From NCBI GenBank assembly GCA_963748815.1, contig CAVVKJ010000005.1:192001-256000 (forward strand): 64,000 bases of DNA. Reading direction: 5' to 3'. The position numbers and the translations under genes were made by a program. Shown here in pieces: positions 30,238-41,286 of this stretch (the first letter of the stretch is position 1; every line of letters starts with the position of its first letter). The stretch comes from an uncultured Gemmatimonadales bacterium (GTDB taxonomy: Bacteria > Gemmatimonadota > Gemmatimonadetes > Gemmatimonadales > GWC2-71-9). Under the pieces are notes generated by a model. The model was not told the DNA's origin and ran no database searches. It saw nothing but the letters and a program-made list of their open reading frames with translations.

Positions 30238-32493
30238 CTACTTCCGGAAGAGGTACGCGAGTTTCAGGAAGAAGCCGTCCGTCTGGCGCTGCAGGGTGGT
30301 GAAATCCCAGGCGTCGGTCGTGGTCGAGGCAGACCCGTAGCCCAGGAAGGCGACGGTGCCGGGGCTTGGTTCATAGGAGGCGAGTACATCGAGCCGAAGC
30401 CCCTGGTTGTTGCGAGCCGGAACCGGCACGCCATTGATGAGGAGCGGCTGGCCGGTGGCGGGGTCAAGCAACTGGGCACGACGGGTGGACTGGTACTCGG
30501 TGATGAGCCGGAAGAAGAGCGGCCGGGAGGGTTGGTACTCGAACTTGAATCGCGGGATCACGCTGTTCGCGTACTCCGAACCGTCCGACACGCGGTTGAG
30601 GTTCGCGTAGGCCACACGGCCCTCGAAACGGAGGGTCTTGCTCGGTCGGAAGTTGACACTCGCGCTGAGCGTCGAGCCTTGCCCCTCGCTGCCTTCGGCG
30701 TACAGCGGCGCGTGGCCGAACTCGTAGCTGGCCGAGGCGTTGAAGAACTGGTAGGTGGGCGTGGTGACCGAGAATTTTCCGGTGTACAGGTTGTCGAGCC
30801 CGTCGGGCGGCACGAAGGGGACGCCGGGAGCGGATTCCAGCCCATCGTAGTCGGCCAGGTAGAACGAGGTGAAGTTCCGCGCCGCCTTGGCACTCAACTG
30901 CCAGCCGCCGCGGAGCTGAAACTGGAAGGTGGCGTCCTGAGTCCCTTCGGCCGGGCTGTTGCTCGTGAACCCGTCGTACTCGTAGATCCAGGTCGGGCCG
31001 AAGAAGACGGTAAAGGTCTGGAGCGTCGCGTCCTCGGCGCCGTAGAACGCCAGGCGGTTGAAGATGTGGGCCGTCACGATGTTGTTGCGCGGCACGAAAC
31101 CTGACCCGGCAATGAAGTCCTCGCCGATGCCGTTGATGGTGTAGTTGAAGCCCCACATCCGGCCGGTGCGGTCGAACGTCAGCTTCCAGATCGGGTCGGT
31201 GGCGGTACCCGCGCCGTCGTCCAGGTTGGTCCAGGACTGTCCGTATTGCGCTTCCACGAAATAGAGCTTCGCGACGATGATGTGGGCGTCGCCTTCGAGG
31301 AGCCGGTTGTAGGCGCCGCCCTGGATCCGGTCGGTGTAGGTCAGGCCGGCCACGCTGCTCTCGCCGAAGTCGCGACGCACACGGACCAGGTTGAACCAGG
31401 CGTCGTCGATCTCCTTGTAGTCGTCCACCGCGCCGAGGTAGGCGATGCTGTTGCGCCCGACCTTGCCGGTCACCTTGGCGCCGCCGTACGGATCGGCGAT
31501 GCGCCGGGTGTAGATGAGGTTGCCCGGGGTGGAGAAGAGGTCGATGCCCTTGAGGAAGAAGGGCCGCTTTTCAGGAACGAAGAGGTCGAAGCGTTCGTTG
31601 ACGGTAATCAGCCCCACGTCGCTCTCGACCTGGCTGAAGTCGGGGTTGACCGTGCCGTCGAAGGCCAGGGTGGTCGTCGCCAACTGCAGGTTGACGCCGA
31701 CGCTGGGCTTCGGGTCGTCGCGCGTGAACGTGGCGTCGTCCACCCGGTTGCCCGCCCATCCCGCCGTGACGAACGGCTGCGCCTCGAAGACGAGCCCGCG
31801 CTGCATTCCCTCGAGCCCGGTCAGGGTGCCCTCCTGGGCGAGGAAGCTCGAGTTGGCCCGCCGGACGTCGGTCCAGGTGTCTTCGTAGGCGGTGCGCTGC
31901 ACGTAGCGCACCGCGTTGAACCCCCAGGACTGCGGCCCTGCGCCGCCGTATTGCAGGCTCTTGAACGGAACCCGGACCTCCACCTCGTATCCCTGCTCCG
32001 TGCGCCGCCCCTTGGAGTCCCAGAGGTAGTCCACGTTCAGGTCGTCCTGCCCGCCGAAGAGGCTGCCGGCGCTCGTCCCGGTTTCGCTCCGGAGGCCGTC
32101 TTCCTGGACGCCGAGGCCGTTGACCCCGAAGAACGAGGCGCGGCGCTTGTCGTTGAAGGTGTCCAGGTAGAGGCGGACCCGGTCCTCGCCCCCGATCTTG
32201 TCGCGGTCGGTGAAGGTGGCGCGGATGCTGGTCGGGTCGGTGTCGTGCGCGATGATGCCGAAGTGGATGGCGGTGGGCGAATACCAGACGAGGACGATCG
32301 TCTCCTGTTCGGCCATCCGGCCGTCCACCGGCCGGTACTGGTGGAACCCGTCGAGCCGGGTGGCCTGCGCCCACACCGGTTCGTCGAGCACGCCGTCGAT
32401 GGTGACGGTGGCATCGATCCGGGGAATCGTGACGGTGGGGGCGGGGGCCTGCGCCGGATCCTGGACCAGCACGGCAAGGAGAGGAAGAAGCAT
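30238..32493 (-). CDS. CBM9-like / DUF5916-type outer-membrane protein
   Basis: IDGVLDEPVW, LDTFND, EVRVPFKSL, TVNPDFSQVESD, EKRPFF; C-terminal FLKLAYLF. Confidence 0.8.
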   Translation of the reverse strand: MLLPLLAVLVQDPAQAPAPTVTIPRIDATVTIDGVLDEPVWAQATRLDGFHQYRPVDGRMAEQETIVLVWYSPTAIHFGIIAHDTDPTSIRATFTDRDKIGGEDRVRLYLDTFNDKRRASFFGVNGLGVQEDGLRSETGTSAGSLFGGQDDLNVDYLWDSKGRRTEQGYEVEVRVPFKSLQYGGAGPQSWGFNAVRYVQRTAYEDTWTDVRRANSSFLAQEGTLTGLEGMQRGLVFEAQPFVTAGWAGNRVDDATFTRDDPKPSVGVNLQLATTTLAFDGTVNPDFSQVESDVGLITVNERFDLFVPEKRPFFLKGIDLFSTPGNLIYTRRIADPYGGAKVTGKVGRNSIAYLGAVDDYKEIDDAWFNLVRVRRDFGESSVAGLTYTDRIQGGAYNRLLEGDAHIIVAKLYFVEAQYGQSWTNLDDGAGTATDPIWKLTFDRTGRMWGFNYTINGIGEDFIAGSGFVPRNNIVTAHIFNRLAFYGAEDATLQTFTVFFGPTWIYEYDGFTSNSPAEGTQDATFQFQLRGGWQLSAKAARNFTSFYLADYDGLESAPGVPFVPPDGLDNLYTGKFSVTTPTYQFFNASASYEFGHAPLYAEGSEGQGSTLSASVNFRPSKTLRFEGRVAYANLNRVSDGSEYANSVIPRFKFEYQPSRPLFFRLITEYQSTRRAQLLDPATGQPLLINGVPVPARNNQGLRLDVLASYEPSPGTVAFLGYGSASTTTDAWDFTTLQRQTDGFFLKLAYLFRK

Positions 32494-32503
32494 GTCGGGA
32501 AAC

Positions 32504-33055
32504 CTAGTGTGTCCCGGCCTCCGGGTCGCGGGTGCGGTCGGGGATCGTTCCGCGGAGGACCGCCACGCCATCCACCGCGACCAGCATCCCGTCTTCGGGG
32601 AGGGTCGTGACGCCGACCATGGTCAGCGCGGGACCCTGGCCGGCCGGGAAGAGGCTGGCGGCGGCGGCCTGCATCGCGTCGAAGTCGTCGTGGGTGCAGC
32701 CGACGCAATACACCGTCAGCTTGATGAGATCGGCGGGCACGCCCCGCGCGAAGCGCATGATCGCCGAGGCGTTGCGGAGCGCCTGCCGGAGCTGGGCGAC
32801 GGGGTCGCCGCGCCCGACGAGGAGGCCGGTGCTGTCGAGCGGAACCTGGCCGGACAGGAAGACGCTCTGCCCGATCTTCACCGCGCTGCTGAAGCCGGGG
32901 AGAGTCGGGACGTTCGGCGCCTGCAGGAACTCGGGGGGCGGGGGTGCCACGGGGTAGATGCGCCCGGGCCCGCCCGGGGCCCCCTGGGGGGCCGCGGTGG
33001 GGCCGCACGCGACGAGCACCAGCACTGCCAGGGCCGCGGTCGCGGTCCTATTCAT
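32504..33055 (-). CDS. Rid (YjgF/UK114) family protein with lipoprotein signal
   Basis: Lipobox LVAC; FSSAVK...VFLSGQV..D, Q...ALRN, IKLTVY, PA.T.VGV..LP. Confidence 0.82.
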   Translation of the reverse strand: MNRTATAALAVLVLVACGPTAAPQGAPGGPGRIYPVAPPPPEFLQAPNVPTLPGFSSAVKIGQSVFLSGQVPLDSTGLLVGRGDPVAQLRQALRNASAIMRFARGVPADLIKLTVYCVGCTHDDFDAMQAAAASLFPAGQGPALTMVGVTTLPEDGMLVAVDGVAVLRGTIPDRTRDPEAGTH

Positions 33056-34264
33056 ACCGGAGCGCCACGATGGGGTCGAGCGAAGCGGCGCGCCGGGCCG
33101 GCAGGATCCCGAAGAAGAGTCCGACGCCGGCACTGAACACGAATGCGACAACAATGGCCATGGGTGAAATGTAGGTGTTCCACCCCGCCAGGCGCGAGAG
33201 GCTGACCGCCGCGCCGGATCCGAGCAGAATGCCGAGGGTGCCGCCGACGAACGACAGCACCATCGCCTCGATCAGGAACTGGAGCAGGATGTTGCCCCGG
33301 GTGGCGCCGAGCGCCTTCCGGATCCCGATCTCCCGGGTGCGCTCGGTGACCGACACCAGCATGATGTTCATGATGCCGATGCCGCCGACCAGGAGGCTGA
33401 CGCCGGCGATGCTGGCGAGCAGGGCCGTGAAGACCTGCGTGGCCTGCTGCTGGGTGGCCAGGATGTCCTGCTGGTTCCGGACCTGGAAGTCGTTGTCCGC
33501 GCCGGGCCGGATCTTGTGTTCCCGGCGGAGGATGCGCTCGAAGTCCACCATCCCCTGCTCCAGCGGGACGCCCTCGGCCACCTGGACGGTGAGGGACCGC
33601 AGCCGGTCGCTGCCGAAGATCCGGTAGCGCGCCGTCTGCAGCGGGATGAGGATCTGCTCGTCGGGATTGGAGAACGAGCCGGCGGACCCCTTCCGGCTCA
33701 GGACGCCGATGATCTCGAAGGGGATGCCGCGGACCAGGATCGTCTGCCCCATCATGGCGGCGGCGTTGCCGCCGAGCATCTCCGGGACATCCCAGCCGAG
33801 GACCGCATAGCGCTGGCGCGACTCGTCGTCACCGGCGGTGAACATCCGCCCGAACGGCACGGTGTAGTTCCGCACCTCGGCGTAATTGGCCGTCGTGCCG
33901 ATGACGTTGGAGTTGATGTTCTTGTTGCCGAACTTGATTTGCAGGTTCGACTGCATTTCGGGCACGACGGCGGAAATCAGCTTCGCGTCGCGCCGGAGGG
34001 CCTCGGCGTCGTCCGTGGTGAGGCTGACCCGCACGTTGGACGCCACGCCGCGGTTGAACGACTGTCCCGGGTAGATCGTGAGCAGGTTGGCGCCGAGGGC
34101 GTTGATCCGCTCCTCGACGGCGCGCTGCGCGCCGGTGCCCGAGGGCCACCATCGCGATGACCGCGCCGACGCCGATGATGACGCCGAGCATGGTCAGCGC
34201 GGTCCGGAGCTTGTTGGCGCGGATCGACTGGAAGCGCGACCGCGACCGTCTCGCCGAGCATCAT
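33048..34264 (-). CDS. MacB/FtsX-type ABC permease; frameshifts near 34238 and 34140
   Basis: MLGVIIGVGAVIAM; LLVGGIGIMNIMLVSVTERTREIGIRKALGA; PARRAASLDPIVALRYE. Confidence 0.93.
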
Positions 34265-34266
34265 GG

Positions 34267-35794
34267 TTAGCGCCCTCCTCCGGCCGCCGGGGTCGTCGTC
34301 GACCGGACGCCGGGCAAGCCACCGCCGGTGATGTTGCCGATCCGCTGCTTGAATTCCGCCTGCGACTGGATGAGGCTGGCGCTCGGCAGCACCAGGACCG
34401 AGTCGCCAAGGGCAATCCCGCTCATGACCTCGCTGTAGTCGAGGTCGGTCAGCCCGGTGCGGACGTTGACCGGCGTCGGCTGGCCGTTGCGGAGCACGAA
34501 CACGATGTACCGCCCGCCGAACTGGAAGTCGTTGCTGGGCGCGCGCTGGCCGCCGCCCGGGCGACCACCCCGACCGCCGCCCATGCCGGCCATGACCGCG
34601 CGGAGGGTCGCCGTTTCCGAGGCGCTCAGTTCCTGGCCCCCCATCCGCTTGGCGAAGAGGGCGCGTACCTGCGCCTCGGTGACGCCGGCCGGCAGCGGGA
34701 TCACGCGGCCGTCCGGGGTCGTCATCGTGTTGCCGGCCGGCTTGGCCGGCGCGGCGCTGTCGCTGGGCGCCGTGGCGGCCGCCTGGGTGCTCCGGCCGCT
34801 GGCGGCGTCGGCCTGTGCCGCCGTCGCGCTGTCGTTGGCCGCGAGCATCGCCGGGATGTCGTCCGGGTTGAGCCCGAGCACCTGCGCGGCGGAGGTCACG
34901 TCCTTCTGGGTCCGGAGCGCGGCGTTCGGCACGGCCGGCACGCTGTCCCGCTGCCCCACGTGAATTTCCACCTCGGCGTTCATGCCGGGCCGGAGCCGTC
35001 CGTCGCGATTCTGGATGCGCACGATGACGGGGAACATCGTCACGTTCTGCTGGGTCTGCGCCTGCGGCTCCACCTTGAGCACTTCCCCGTCAAAGGGGGT
35101 GTTCGGGTAGGCGTCCACCGTGACGGTGGCGCGCAGCCCCGACTTGATCTTGCCGATGTCGGTCTCGTCCACCAGGGTGCGGACCTGCACCAGGTTGAGG
35201 TCGGCCATCTTGAGCAGGATGGTGCCGCCGCCCACGTCGCTCGTGGGCGACGAGATGACCTGCCCGCGCTCCACGTTCTTCTCGATGATGGTGCCGGTGA
35301 TCGGCGCCCGGACGTCGGTGTCCGCCATCCGGATCTTGGCGTTCTCCACGTTGACTTCGGCCCCCACCACCTCGGCCTTGGCGTTGGCGTAGCGAGAGTA
35401 CCGCCGACTCCTGCTCGGTCTGGGTGATGGACTGGGACTTGTACAGCTCGTTGGCCCGGTTCCGCTGGGACGCGGCGTTCTGGAGCCGCGCCTGCGCCAC
35501 TTCGAGCTGGGCTTCCGCCTGGGCCAGCTGGTTGCGCGGCGTCCGCTGGTCCACCCGGACCATGAGCGCGCCGCGCTCGACGAGCTGGCCGGTTTCCACC
35601 ATCATCTCCAGGATTTCGCCGGAGGCCTTCGACTTCACCTCGACGGTGGTGTCGGGCTGGATGACGCCCGCCGCCTGGGCGGAGACGATGATGTTGCGCT
35701 GTTCCACCGGCACCGCCTGGTACACCAGCGGCGGCGCTTCCTTCTTGCAGGCCGCGAGGGCCAGGGTGGCGAGGATCAGGGTCTGGGTCCGCAT
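34267..35794 (-). CDS. MacA/HlyD-type periplasmic adaptor, lipoprotein; frameshift near 35395
   Basis: LAAC lipobox, VEVKSKASGEI, VRAPITGTI, VDETDIG, LRPGMNA. Confidence 0.9.
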
Positions 35795-36550
35795 TAGCTG
35801 CTTTTCTCCGTCAGGAAGTCTTGCTCAACGCGCCCGTCCTTGAGGTGGACCTGGCGCGCGGCGTGGGCGGCGATGTCATGTTCGTGGGTGACCAGCACGA
35901 TTGTCTGGCCCCCGTTGTAGCAGGTCCTCGAAGAGCGCCATGATTTCGGTGCTCGTGGCCGAATCGAGGTTGCCGGTCGGCTCGTCGGCCAGGATGATGC
36001 TGGGGTCGTTGACCAGCGCCCGGGCCATGGCCACGCGCTGGCGCTGCCCGCCGGAGAGCTCGTTCGGCCGGTGATGCATCCGGTCCGCCAGGCCGACCTG
36101 GCGCAGGGCCTCGGTGGCCTTGGCCACCCGCGCCTTGGCGCCGATGCCGGCGTACACCAGCGGCAGTTCGACGTTGTGGAGCGCCGTGGCGCGCGGCAGC
36201 AGGTTGAAGGTCTGGAAGACGAAGCCGATTTCCTTGTTGCGAATCCGGGCCAGCTCGTCGTCCGCCAGCTCCGACACGCGGAAGCCGTTCAGCCAGTACT
36301 CGCCGCCCGAGGGGCTGTCGAGACAGCCGATCATGTTCATCAGCGTCGACTTGCCGGAGCCCGACGGGCCCATGATGGCCACGAACTCGTTCTTCCGGAT
36401 GGTGATGTCCACCCCGCGCAGGGCGCGCACCACCTCGCCGCCCATGTCGTACTCACGCTGCAGGTTGCGGGTGACGATCATCGCGTCGCGCGGCACGTCG
36501 GGTGGCAGCATGGCCATCCGTTCGGCCGTCGTGCTCATGGCAGAGCTCAC
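35794..36550 (-). CDS. MacB/LolD-type ABC ATPase; frameshift near 35915
   Basis: [26 protein letters not shown]...HLKDGRVE continues in another frame to a TAA at 35794. Confidence 0.93.
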
Positions 36551-37851
36551 AGGGGCCTCCCGATAAGGGCTTCGATCTGGGCCTTGGCGATCAGATAGTT
36601 GTACCGGGCCTGGATGACATCGACTTCGGCCTGGGAGAGCGCTTCCTGGGAACTCAGGACGTCCACGATGGTGGCCGCGCCGACCCGGTACCGCTCCTGG
36701 TTGACCCGGAGGTCCTCGGTGGCCGCCACCAGGCTGGTGCCGGTGATGTCAATTTGCGCCCGGGCGGCGTCGAGTTCCGCCAGCCGCGCGGTCAGCGAGG
36801 CATCGACCTGGCGCTTGGCGTCGGCGGCGGTGGAGGATGCCGCGTCGGCGTTCGTCGAGGCGTTGACGATGGACTGGTCGCGCTGGAAGCCGTTGAAGAT
36901 CGGGTAGCTCAAGGCGAGCGTCATCGACCGGCTGTCGAAGAACTGGTAGTCCTGGCTGTCATTGCCGTTGTAGCTGTACCGGCCGGAGAGGTTCAACTGC
37001 GGCCACCAGGCCGCCTTGGCGGCCTTCACGTTGGCCCGGGCGGCGTCGGCCTGGGCCTGCGCGGCCCGCACCTTGGGGGAGTTGTTCTCCGCCTCGGCCC
37101 GAATGGTCGCCGTGTCACCGATTTCGCTGACGACCAGAAACGCAGAGTCGGCCAGCGCGCGAACCCGCCCGTCCATCCCCACCAGGCGGCCGAGGTTCGC
37201 TTCGGTCGTGGCCACCGTCGTCAGGGCGTTCAGGAGCTGGAGCCGGGAGTTGCCGAGCGTCACCAGCGAGCGCAGGGAGTCGGAGCGTGTGGCGCTGCCG
37301 GCCTGCAGCTTCGAGACCGAGACGCTCAACTGCTCCTCGGCGCGTTTGAGGCTCGCCTCCCGCACCCGGACCAGCTCGTTGGCGGCCAGAGCGCCGAAGA
37401 ACGTCTGCTTGGCGCTGAGGGCGGTCTGGTATTCCGCGTCGATCAGGCCGGCGTCCGCCGCGGCCTCCGTGGCTTTCGCCGAGCTCATCTGTGCGCCGCG
37501 GCGGAAGCCGGTGAAGAGGTCGAGCGACGCGCTCGCGCTGTTGCTGAAGCTCTGCGCGTAAGACTCCCCCGAGATCACTTCGCCGGTGATCTGGTTGACC
37601 CGCGAGGGGCCATTCGAGTAGCTGGTGCCGTAGCTGGAATTGACCGACAGCGAGGGAATGAACGATCCCCAGCTGGTGCGGTACTGCGCCGACGCCCGCT
37701 CCACCGCGCCCTGCGCCGCCACGACGGACGGCTGGGCAAGCTGGGCCTTGGCGATGGCCTCCGCCAGCGTGATGGTGGGCGTGGCCGGTTCCTGGGCGCT
37801 CAGCATGGCAGGCACCGCCAGGGAAAGCGCGAGGAGTCTAGCGAGGTGCAT
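36547..37851 (-). CDS. TolC-family outer-membrane efflux protein
   Basis: Signal peptide; [37 protein letters not shown]. Confidence 0.92.
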   Translation of the reverse strand: MHLARLLALSLAVPAMLSAQEPATPTITLAEAIAKAQLAQPSVVAAQGAVERASAQYRTSWGSFIPSLSVNSSYGTSYSNGPSRVNQITGEVISGESYAQSFSNSASASLDLFTGFRRGAQMSSAKATEAAADAGLIDAEYQTALSAKQTFFGALAANELVRVREASLKRAEEQLSVSVSKLQAGSATRSDSLRSLVTLGNSRLQLLNALTTVATTEANLGRLVGMDGRVRALADSAFLVVSEIGDTATIRAEAENNSPKVRAAQAQADAARANVKAAKAAWWPQLNLSGRYSYNGNDSQDYQFFDSRSMTLALSYPIFNGFQRDQSIVNASTNADAASSTAADAKRQVDASLTARLAELDAARAQIDITGTSLVAATEDLRVNQERYRVGAATIVDVLSSQEALSQAEVDVIQARYNYLIAKAQIEALIGRPL

Positions 37852-38230
37852 TCGAGGCGTCCTTGCCGTTGCGGCGCCGGGCGTCCTGGCGTTCCAGGAG
37901 GTCCGCGTAGCGGCGCTGCTGGTCGGGGGTGAGTTGTGCATTGATGTCTGAACGGAGTTCCGTCCGGAGGGTTTCAAACTTCGGCCGGATGTCCTGCCAG
38001 ATGGAGTCCATGCCGGGCTCGAACCGCTTCAGGATGGCGCCGACGCTGTCGCGCTGGGTCGGAGACAGGTCGAGATCCTTCGCGAGGCGCGCGAGATAGG
38101 TCGACGCTCCGCCGGAACGCCCCATGCCCGAGGGGCGATGGTACAGCGCGACCCCGCCGATGCCCGCGATCGCCCCGAGGGCGAAGGCGACCAGCAGCAG
38201 CAGCGTGGCGGTGCGGGTGGACTTGGTCAT
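37838..38230 (-). CDS. Spy/CpxP-like periplasmic helical protein
   Basis: N-terminal TM; LDLSPTQ...LTPDQ (LTxxQ-like) motifs. Confidence 0.7.
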   Translation of the reverse strand: MTKSTRTATLLLLVAFALGAIAGIGGVALYHRPSGMGRSGGASTYLARLAKDLDLSPTQRDSVGAILKRFEPGMDSIWQDIRPKFETLRTELRSDINAQLTPDQQRRYADLLERQDARRRNGKDASNAPR

Positions 38231-38249
38231 TCGAATTCTGCTCCTTGCC

Positions 38250-38591
38250 TCAGTAGGCCATCACCGCAAGCAGCGCGACGCTGCCGGCGGGTGAACTGTC
38301 GCTGGCGAGTTCGACCAGGGATCCGGCCGCCGAACTCGACGCAGCCCGGGTCGGCGTGGTGGTCGTGCTCCCGAACGCCGCGCCCAGGACGGCCAGGACG
38401 ACCGCGGCGGCCGCCAGACCCGGAAGGGTCCACCGGGCGACCGACCGCCAGGCCGTCTCGTCCGCCGTGGCGACCGCCGCCATCCGCATCCGCGCGGCGA
38501 AGGCCGCATCGTCAGGCGCGGAGAGGTGGGCGCGCAGCAGCGCGCCCAGTTCCTCGTCGCGTCCAGCGGTGAATTCGTTCTGGTCGGTCAT
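38250..38591 (-). CDS. Putative single-TM anti-sigma factor
   Basis: Directly follows the ECF sigma gene (TGATG overlap); D..LG.LLR..L..FAAR, TM LAAAAVVLAVL. Confidence 0.65.
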   Translation of the reverse strand: MTDQNEFTAGRDEELGALLRAHLSAPDDAAFAARMRMAAVATADETAWRSVARWTLPGLAAAAVVLAVLGAAFGSTTTTPTRAASSSAAGSLVELASDSSPAGSVALLAVMAY

Positions 38592-39145
38592 CAGCGATCT
38601 CCTCCTGTCGAGCCCAGGGCCGTGCGCATGGCGCGGCGGGCGTGAAACACATCGGAGCGGACCGTGCCCACCGGGACCCCAAGCATCGTGGCGATCTCCT
38701 CGTGGACGTATCCCTCGGCGTCGTGGAGGACGAGGGCCATTCGTCGTCGTTCCGGCAGCGTGGCGAGGGCCCGGTCCAGCGCCTCTCGCAGCAGCGCCCG
38801 GTCGGTGTCCCGGTCAGGCGTCGAGCCGGAATCCGCCGTGGCCGCGGGAATCTCCTCGGTCCGCCGCAGCTTCCGGCGCCGCCGCAGGTCCGCTGCGGCA
38901 TTGACCACAATCGTCATGAACCACGGTCCAAACGGCCTGGCCGGGTCGAACCGGCCGATCGCCCGCCAGGCGGAAAAGAGGGCGTCCTGCACCGCGTCAT
39001 CTGCGTCGTGGGCGTCCAGCAGGGCGGCCCGGGCGACTCGCCGGGCCCGCTCGGCGTGGCGCTCCACGAGCGCCCCGAAGGCCTCGCTGCTCCCGCCACA
39101 GGCTTGGGTGGCCAGCTCGGCATCGGTCACGGGGGAGTTACGCAT
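38591..39145 (-). CDS. ECF RNA polymerase sigma factor
   Basis: TDAELA..AFG.LV..H, DADDAVQDA, FGPW, LPERRR..LHDAEGY.HEEIA..LGVPVGTVRS. Confidence 0.93.
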   Translation of the reverse strand: MRNSPVTDAELATQACGGSSEAFGALVERHAERARRVARAALLDAHDADDAVQDALFSAWRAIGRFDPARPFGPWFMTIVVNAAADLRRRRKLRRTEEIPAATADSGSTPDRDTDRALLREALDRALATLPERRRMALVLHDAEGYVHEEIATMLGVPVGTVRSDVFHARRAMRTALGSTGGDR

Positions 39146-39185
39146 CAGGCCCGGAAAGCGTTGAGGCGGGGGACGCCGGCGGGGT

Positions 39186-40571
39186 TCACAGGTCGATTCG
39201 GCCGCGGAATGCCTGGACGGCGGCCCCGATGGCCAGCCAGGCGCAGAGGGCAGCCACCACGAGGCCCATGGTCCTGGGAAGCACGACGAAAAGGAGGCCG
39301 AGCGCGGCCAGCCCGACCGCGACCGGCCCGAAGATCGACCGCTGGGCCGCGCTGGCGAGGCCCCGCACGGCCAGACCGGTCCGGCGTCGTACTTCCCGGA
39401 ACCGCCGGCGCCGGGGGAGGAGCGACGTCGCGGTGTGTTCGGCAGTATCTGCGAACACCCGTTCCAGCGCGTGCCTGCGTCGTCCGGGGAGCAATTGCAC
39501 CTCGGCGCTCTGGGCCATGTCCCGCCGAAACTGGGCCTCCAGCTGGCTGCCCAGCCTCGGATCGTGGAGCAGAATGTCGAGTTCGTAGTTTCCCACGAGG
39601 CTGGAACTGTTGAGGTTGCTCGAGCCCACCCGGCACCAGACGCCGTCTGCCACGATAGTCTTGGCATGCAGCATCGGGCCGCCCCACTCGAAAATCCGCA
39701 CGCCGGCTTCGAGCAGCGCACGATAGCCGATCCGGCTCAGATTGCGGATGATCGGCAGGTCGCTCGCGCCGGGAAGAAGCAGGCGGACATCCACTCCGCT
39801 GTGCGCGGCGTCGAGGAGCGCCTGGAAGAGCGACCGGGGCGCGACGAGGTAGGCGTCGGTGATCCAGAGCCGGTCGACGGCCCCGGCCGCCAGCAACTCC
39901 ACGACGCGCTGGATCCGGGCCCGTCTGGGCTCGCCGACGACAACCCCCACCTCCGCATCTCCCGCCGACGGGAACTCACCAGCGTGCCGTCCCGGCGGGA
40001 TCGTTCCCCCTGCCAGCGTCCAGATCTGTTCGAAGGCCTGGTCGAGTGCCATGGCCGCCGGACCCACCACCTGGATGGCGGTGTCGCGCCAGGGCGGCAC
40101 GCCCCGCTCCGGCTCGCCGGCCCACTCGTCGCCGATGCAGAGGCCGCCGATGAAGGCGGTGCCGGCGTCCGTCACGAGCAGCTTGCGGTGGTCGCGGGAC
40201 ACGTTGCCGAGCAGGTCGAGGAAGCGGGGAGGGTTGAAACGGCGCAGCTCCACTCCGGCCGAGGCGAGCTCGGCCGTCAGCCGGCGACCCAGCCCCCGGC
40301 TGCCCAGCCAGTCGGTCAGGAGCCTCACGGAGACGCCGGCGCCTGCCCGTTCCATGAGGGCCTCGCAAAAGAGGCGGCCGCTGGCGTCGTCGCGGATGAT
40401 GTAGTTCTCGAGGTGGACCCAGTGTTCGGCCTGCCGGATGGCCTCCAGCATGGCGGGGTACACCCGCGGCCCGTCGAGGAGGAGCCGGGTCGCGTTGCCC
40501 GGAATGAACCGCGTGCCTCCGGCCCGGGCGAGCGAACGCTCGGCGAGCGCGGCGATGGCGTGGGGGCTCAT
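39186..40571 (-). CDS. Cardiolipin synthase / phospholipase D family
   Basis: Two HKD motifs (RDHRKLLVTD, LHAKTIVAD), PWRDT, GSSN; C-terminal hydrophobic tail. Confidence 0.9.
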   Translation of the reverse strand: MSPHAIAALAERSLARAGGTRFIPGNATRLLLDGPRVYPAMLEAIRQAEHWVHLENYIIRDDASGRLFCEALMERAGAGVSVRLLTDWLGSRGLGRRLTAELASAGVELRRFNPPRFLDLLGNVSRDHRKLLVTDAGTAFIGGLCIGDEWAGEPERGVPPWRDTAIQVVGPAAMALDQAFEQIWTLAGGTIPPGRHAGEFPSAGDAEVGVVVGEPRRARIQRVVELLAAGAVDRLWITDAYLVAPRSLFQALLDAAHSGVDVRLLLPGASDLPIIRNLSRIGYRALLEAGVRIFEWGGPMLHAKTIVADGVWCRVGSSNLNSSSLVGNYELDILLHDPRLGSQLEAQFRRDMAQSAEVQLLPGRRRHALERVFADTAEHTATSLLPRRRRFREVRRRTGLAVRGLASAAQRSIFGPVAVGLAALGLLFVVLPRTMGLVVAALCAWLAIGAAVQAFRGRIDL

Positions 40572-41152
40572 CCCGGGGGGCCGAGCCCCAGCACCGATTC
40601 GTGCGGTCGGAGCGCCTCGAGGAGAAACTGAATCAACTCCTCGAGCGGCCAGCCCATCTCCTCTGCACCGAGCCGAACGTCCTCGCGGCTGACCCCCCGG
40701 GCGAACGCCTTGTCCTTGAGCTTCTTGAGGACGCTCTTCGGCTCCAGGTCGGCGAGGGAACGGGAGGGCCGCACCAGTGCGCAGGCCACGAGAAAGCCGC
40801 AGAGTTCGTCCACGGCGAAGAGGGCGCGTGCCATCGGTGTTTCCCGCGCCACCCCGGTGTAGGCGGCGTGGCCGAGAATCGCCCGCTGCCACTCGTCGGG
40901 GGCGCCGAGACCGGCGAGAATGCGGACCCCTTCGCTGGGATGCTCGGCGTCGGGGGCGTGGGCGGCGTTGGGAAACCGCTCATAGTCGAAGTCGTGCACC
41001 AGGCCGACGATTCCCCAGGTGTCCGGGTCCTCGCCGACGCGCCCGGCCATGGCCCGCATGGCGATTTCGACGGCGTACATGTGCTTCCGAAGCGCCTCGG
41101 ACGGGGTGTACTCGTGGACCAGGGCGAGTGCGCGGTCGCGGGACAGTGTCAT
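40568..41152 (-). CDS. HDIG/HD-domain metal-dependent phosphohydrolase
   Basis: LRKH..AVE, GLVHDFDYE, H, ILGH, AVDEL.GF, KKLKDKAFARGVSRED. Confidence 0.88.
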   Translation of the reverse strand: MTLSRDRALALVHEYTPSEALRKHMYAVEIAMRAMAGRVGEDPDTWGIVGLVHDFDYERFPNAAHAPDAEHPSEGVRILAGLGAPDEWQRAILGHAAYTGVARETPMARALFAVDELCGFLVACALVRPSRSLADLEPKSVLKKLKDKAFARGVSREDVRLGAEEMGWPLEELIQFLLEALRPHESVLGLGPPG

Positions 41153-41225
41153 GCCAGCTCCTCAAGGGGTCTGGAGCGAAAGCTAAGGGGATGCGGGTGC
41201 GGTGTCAGAGGGTGCCGGACAGCCA

Positions 41226-41259
41226 AAGGGCGGCGAACCAGATGTGGTCCGCCGCCCTT
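41226..41259 (-). terminator. Probable intrinsic terminator after the FadL-SGNH pair
   Basis: aagggcggcg/cgccgccctt stem, ending in a short T-run on the minus strand. Confidence 0.6.
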
Positions 41260-41286
41260 CACCCTGAAGCCGAACGAGTCAGCCGA

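Noticed and set aside
39146..39190. Autoregulatory promoter for the second ECF sigma factor
   Set aside because: A TGAACC is present on the minus strand, but the -10 match and spacing are too weak to call.
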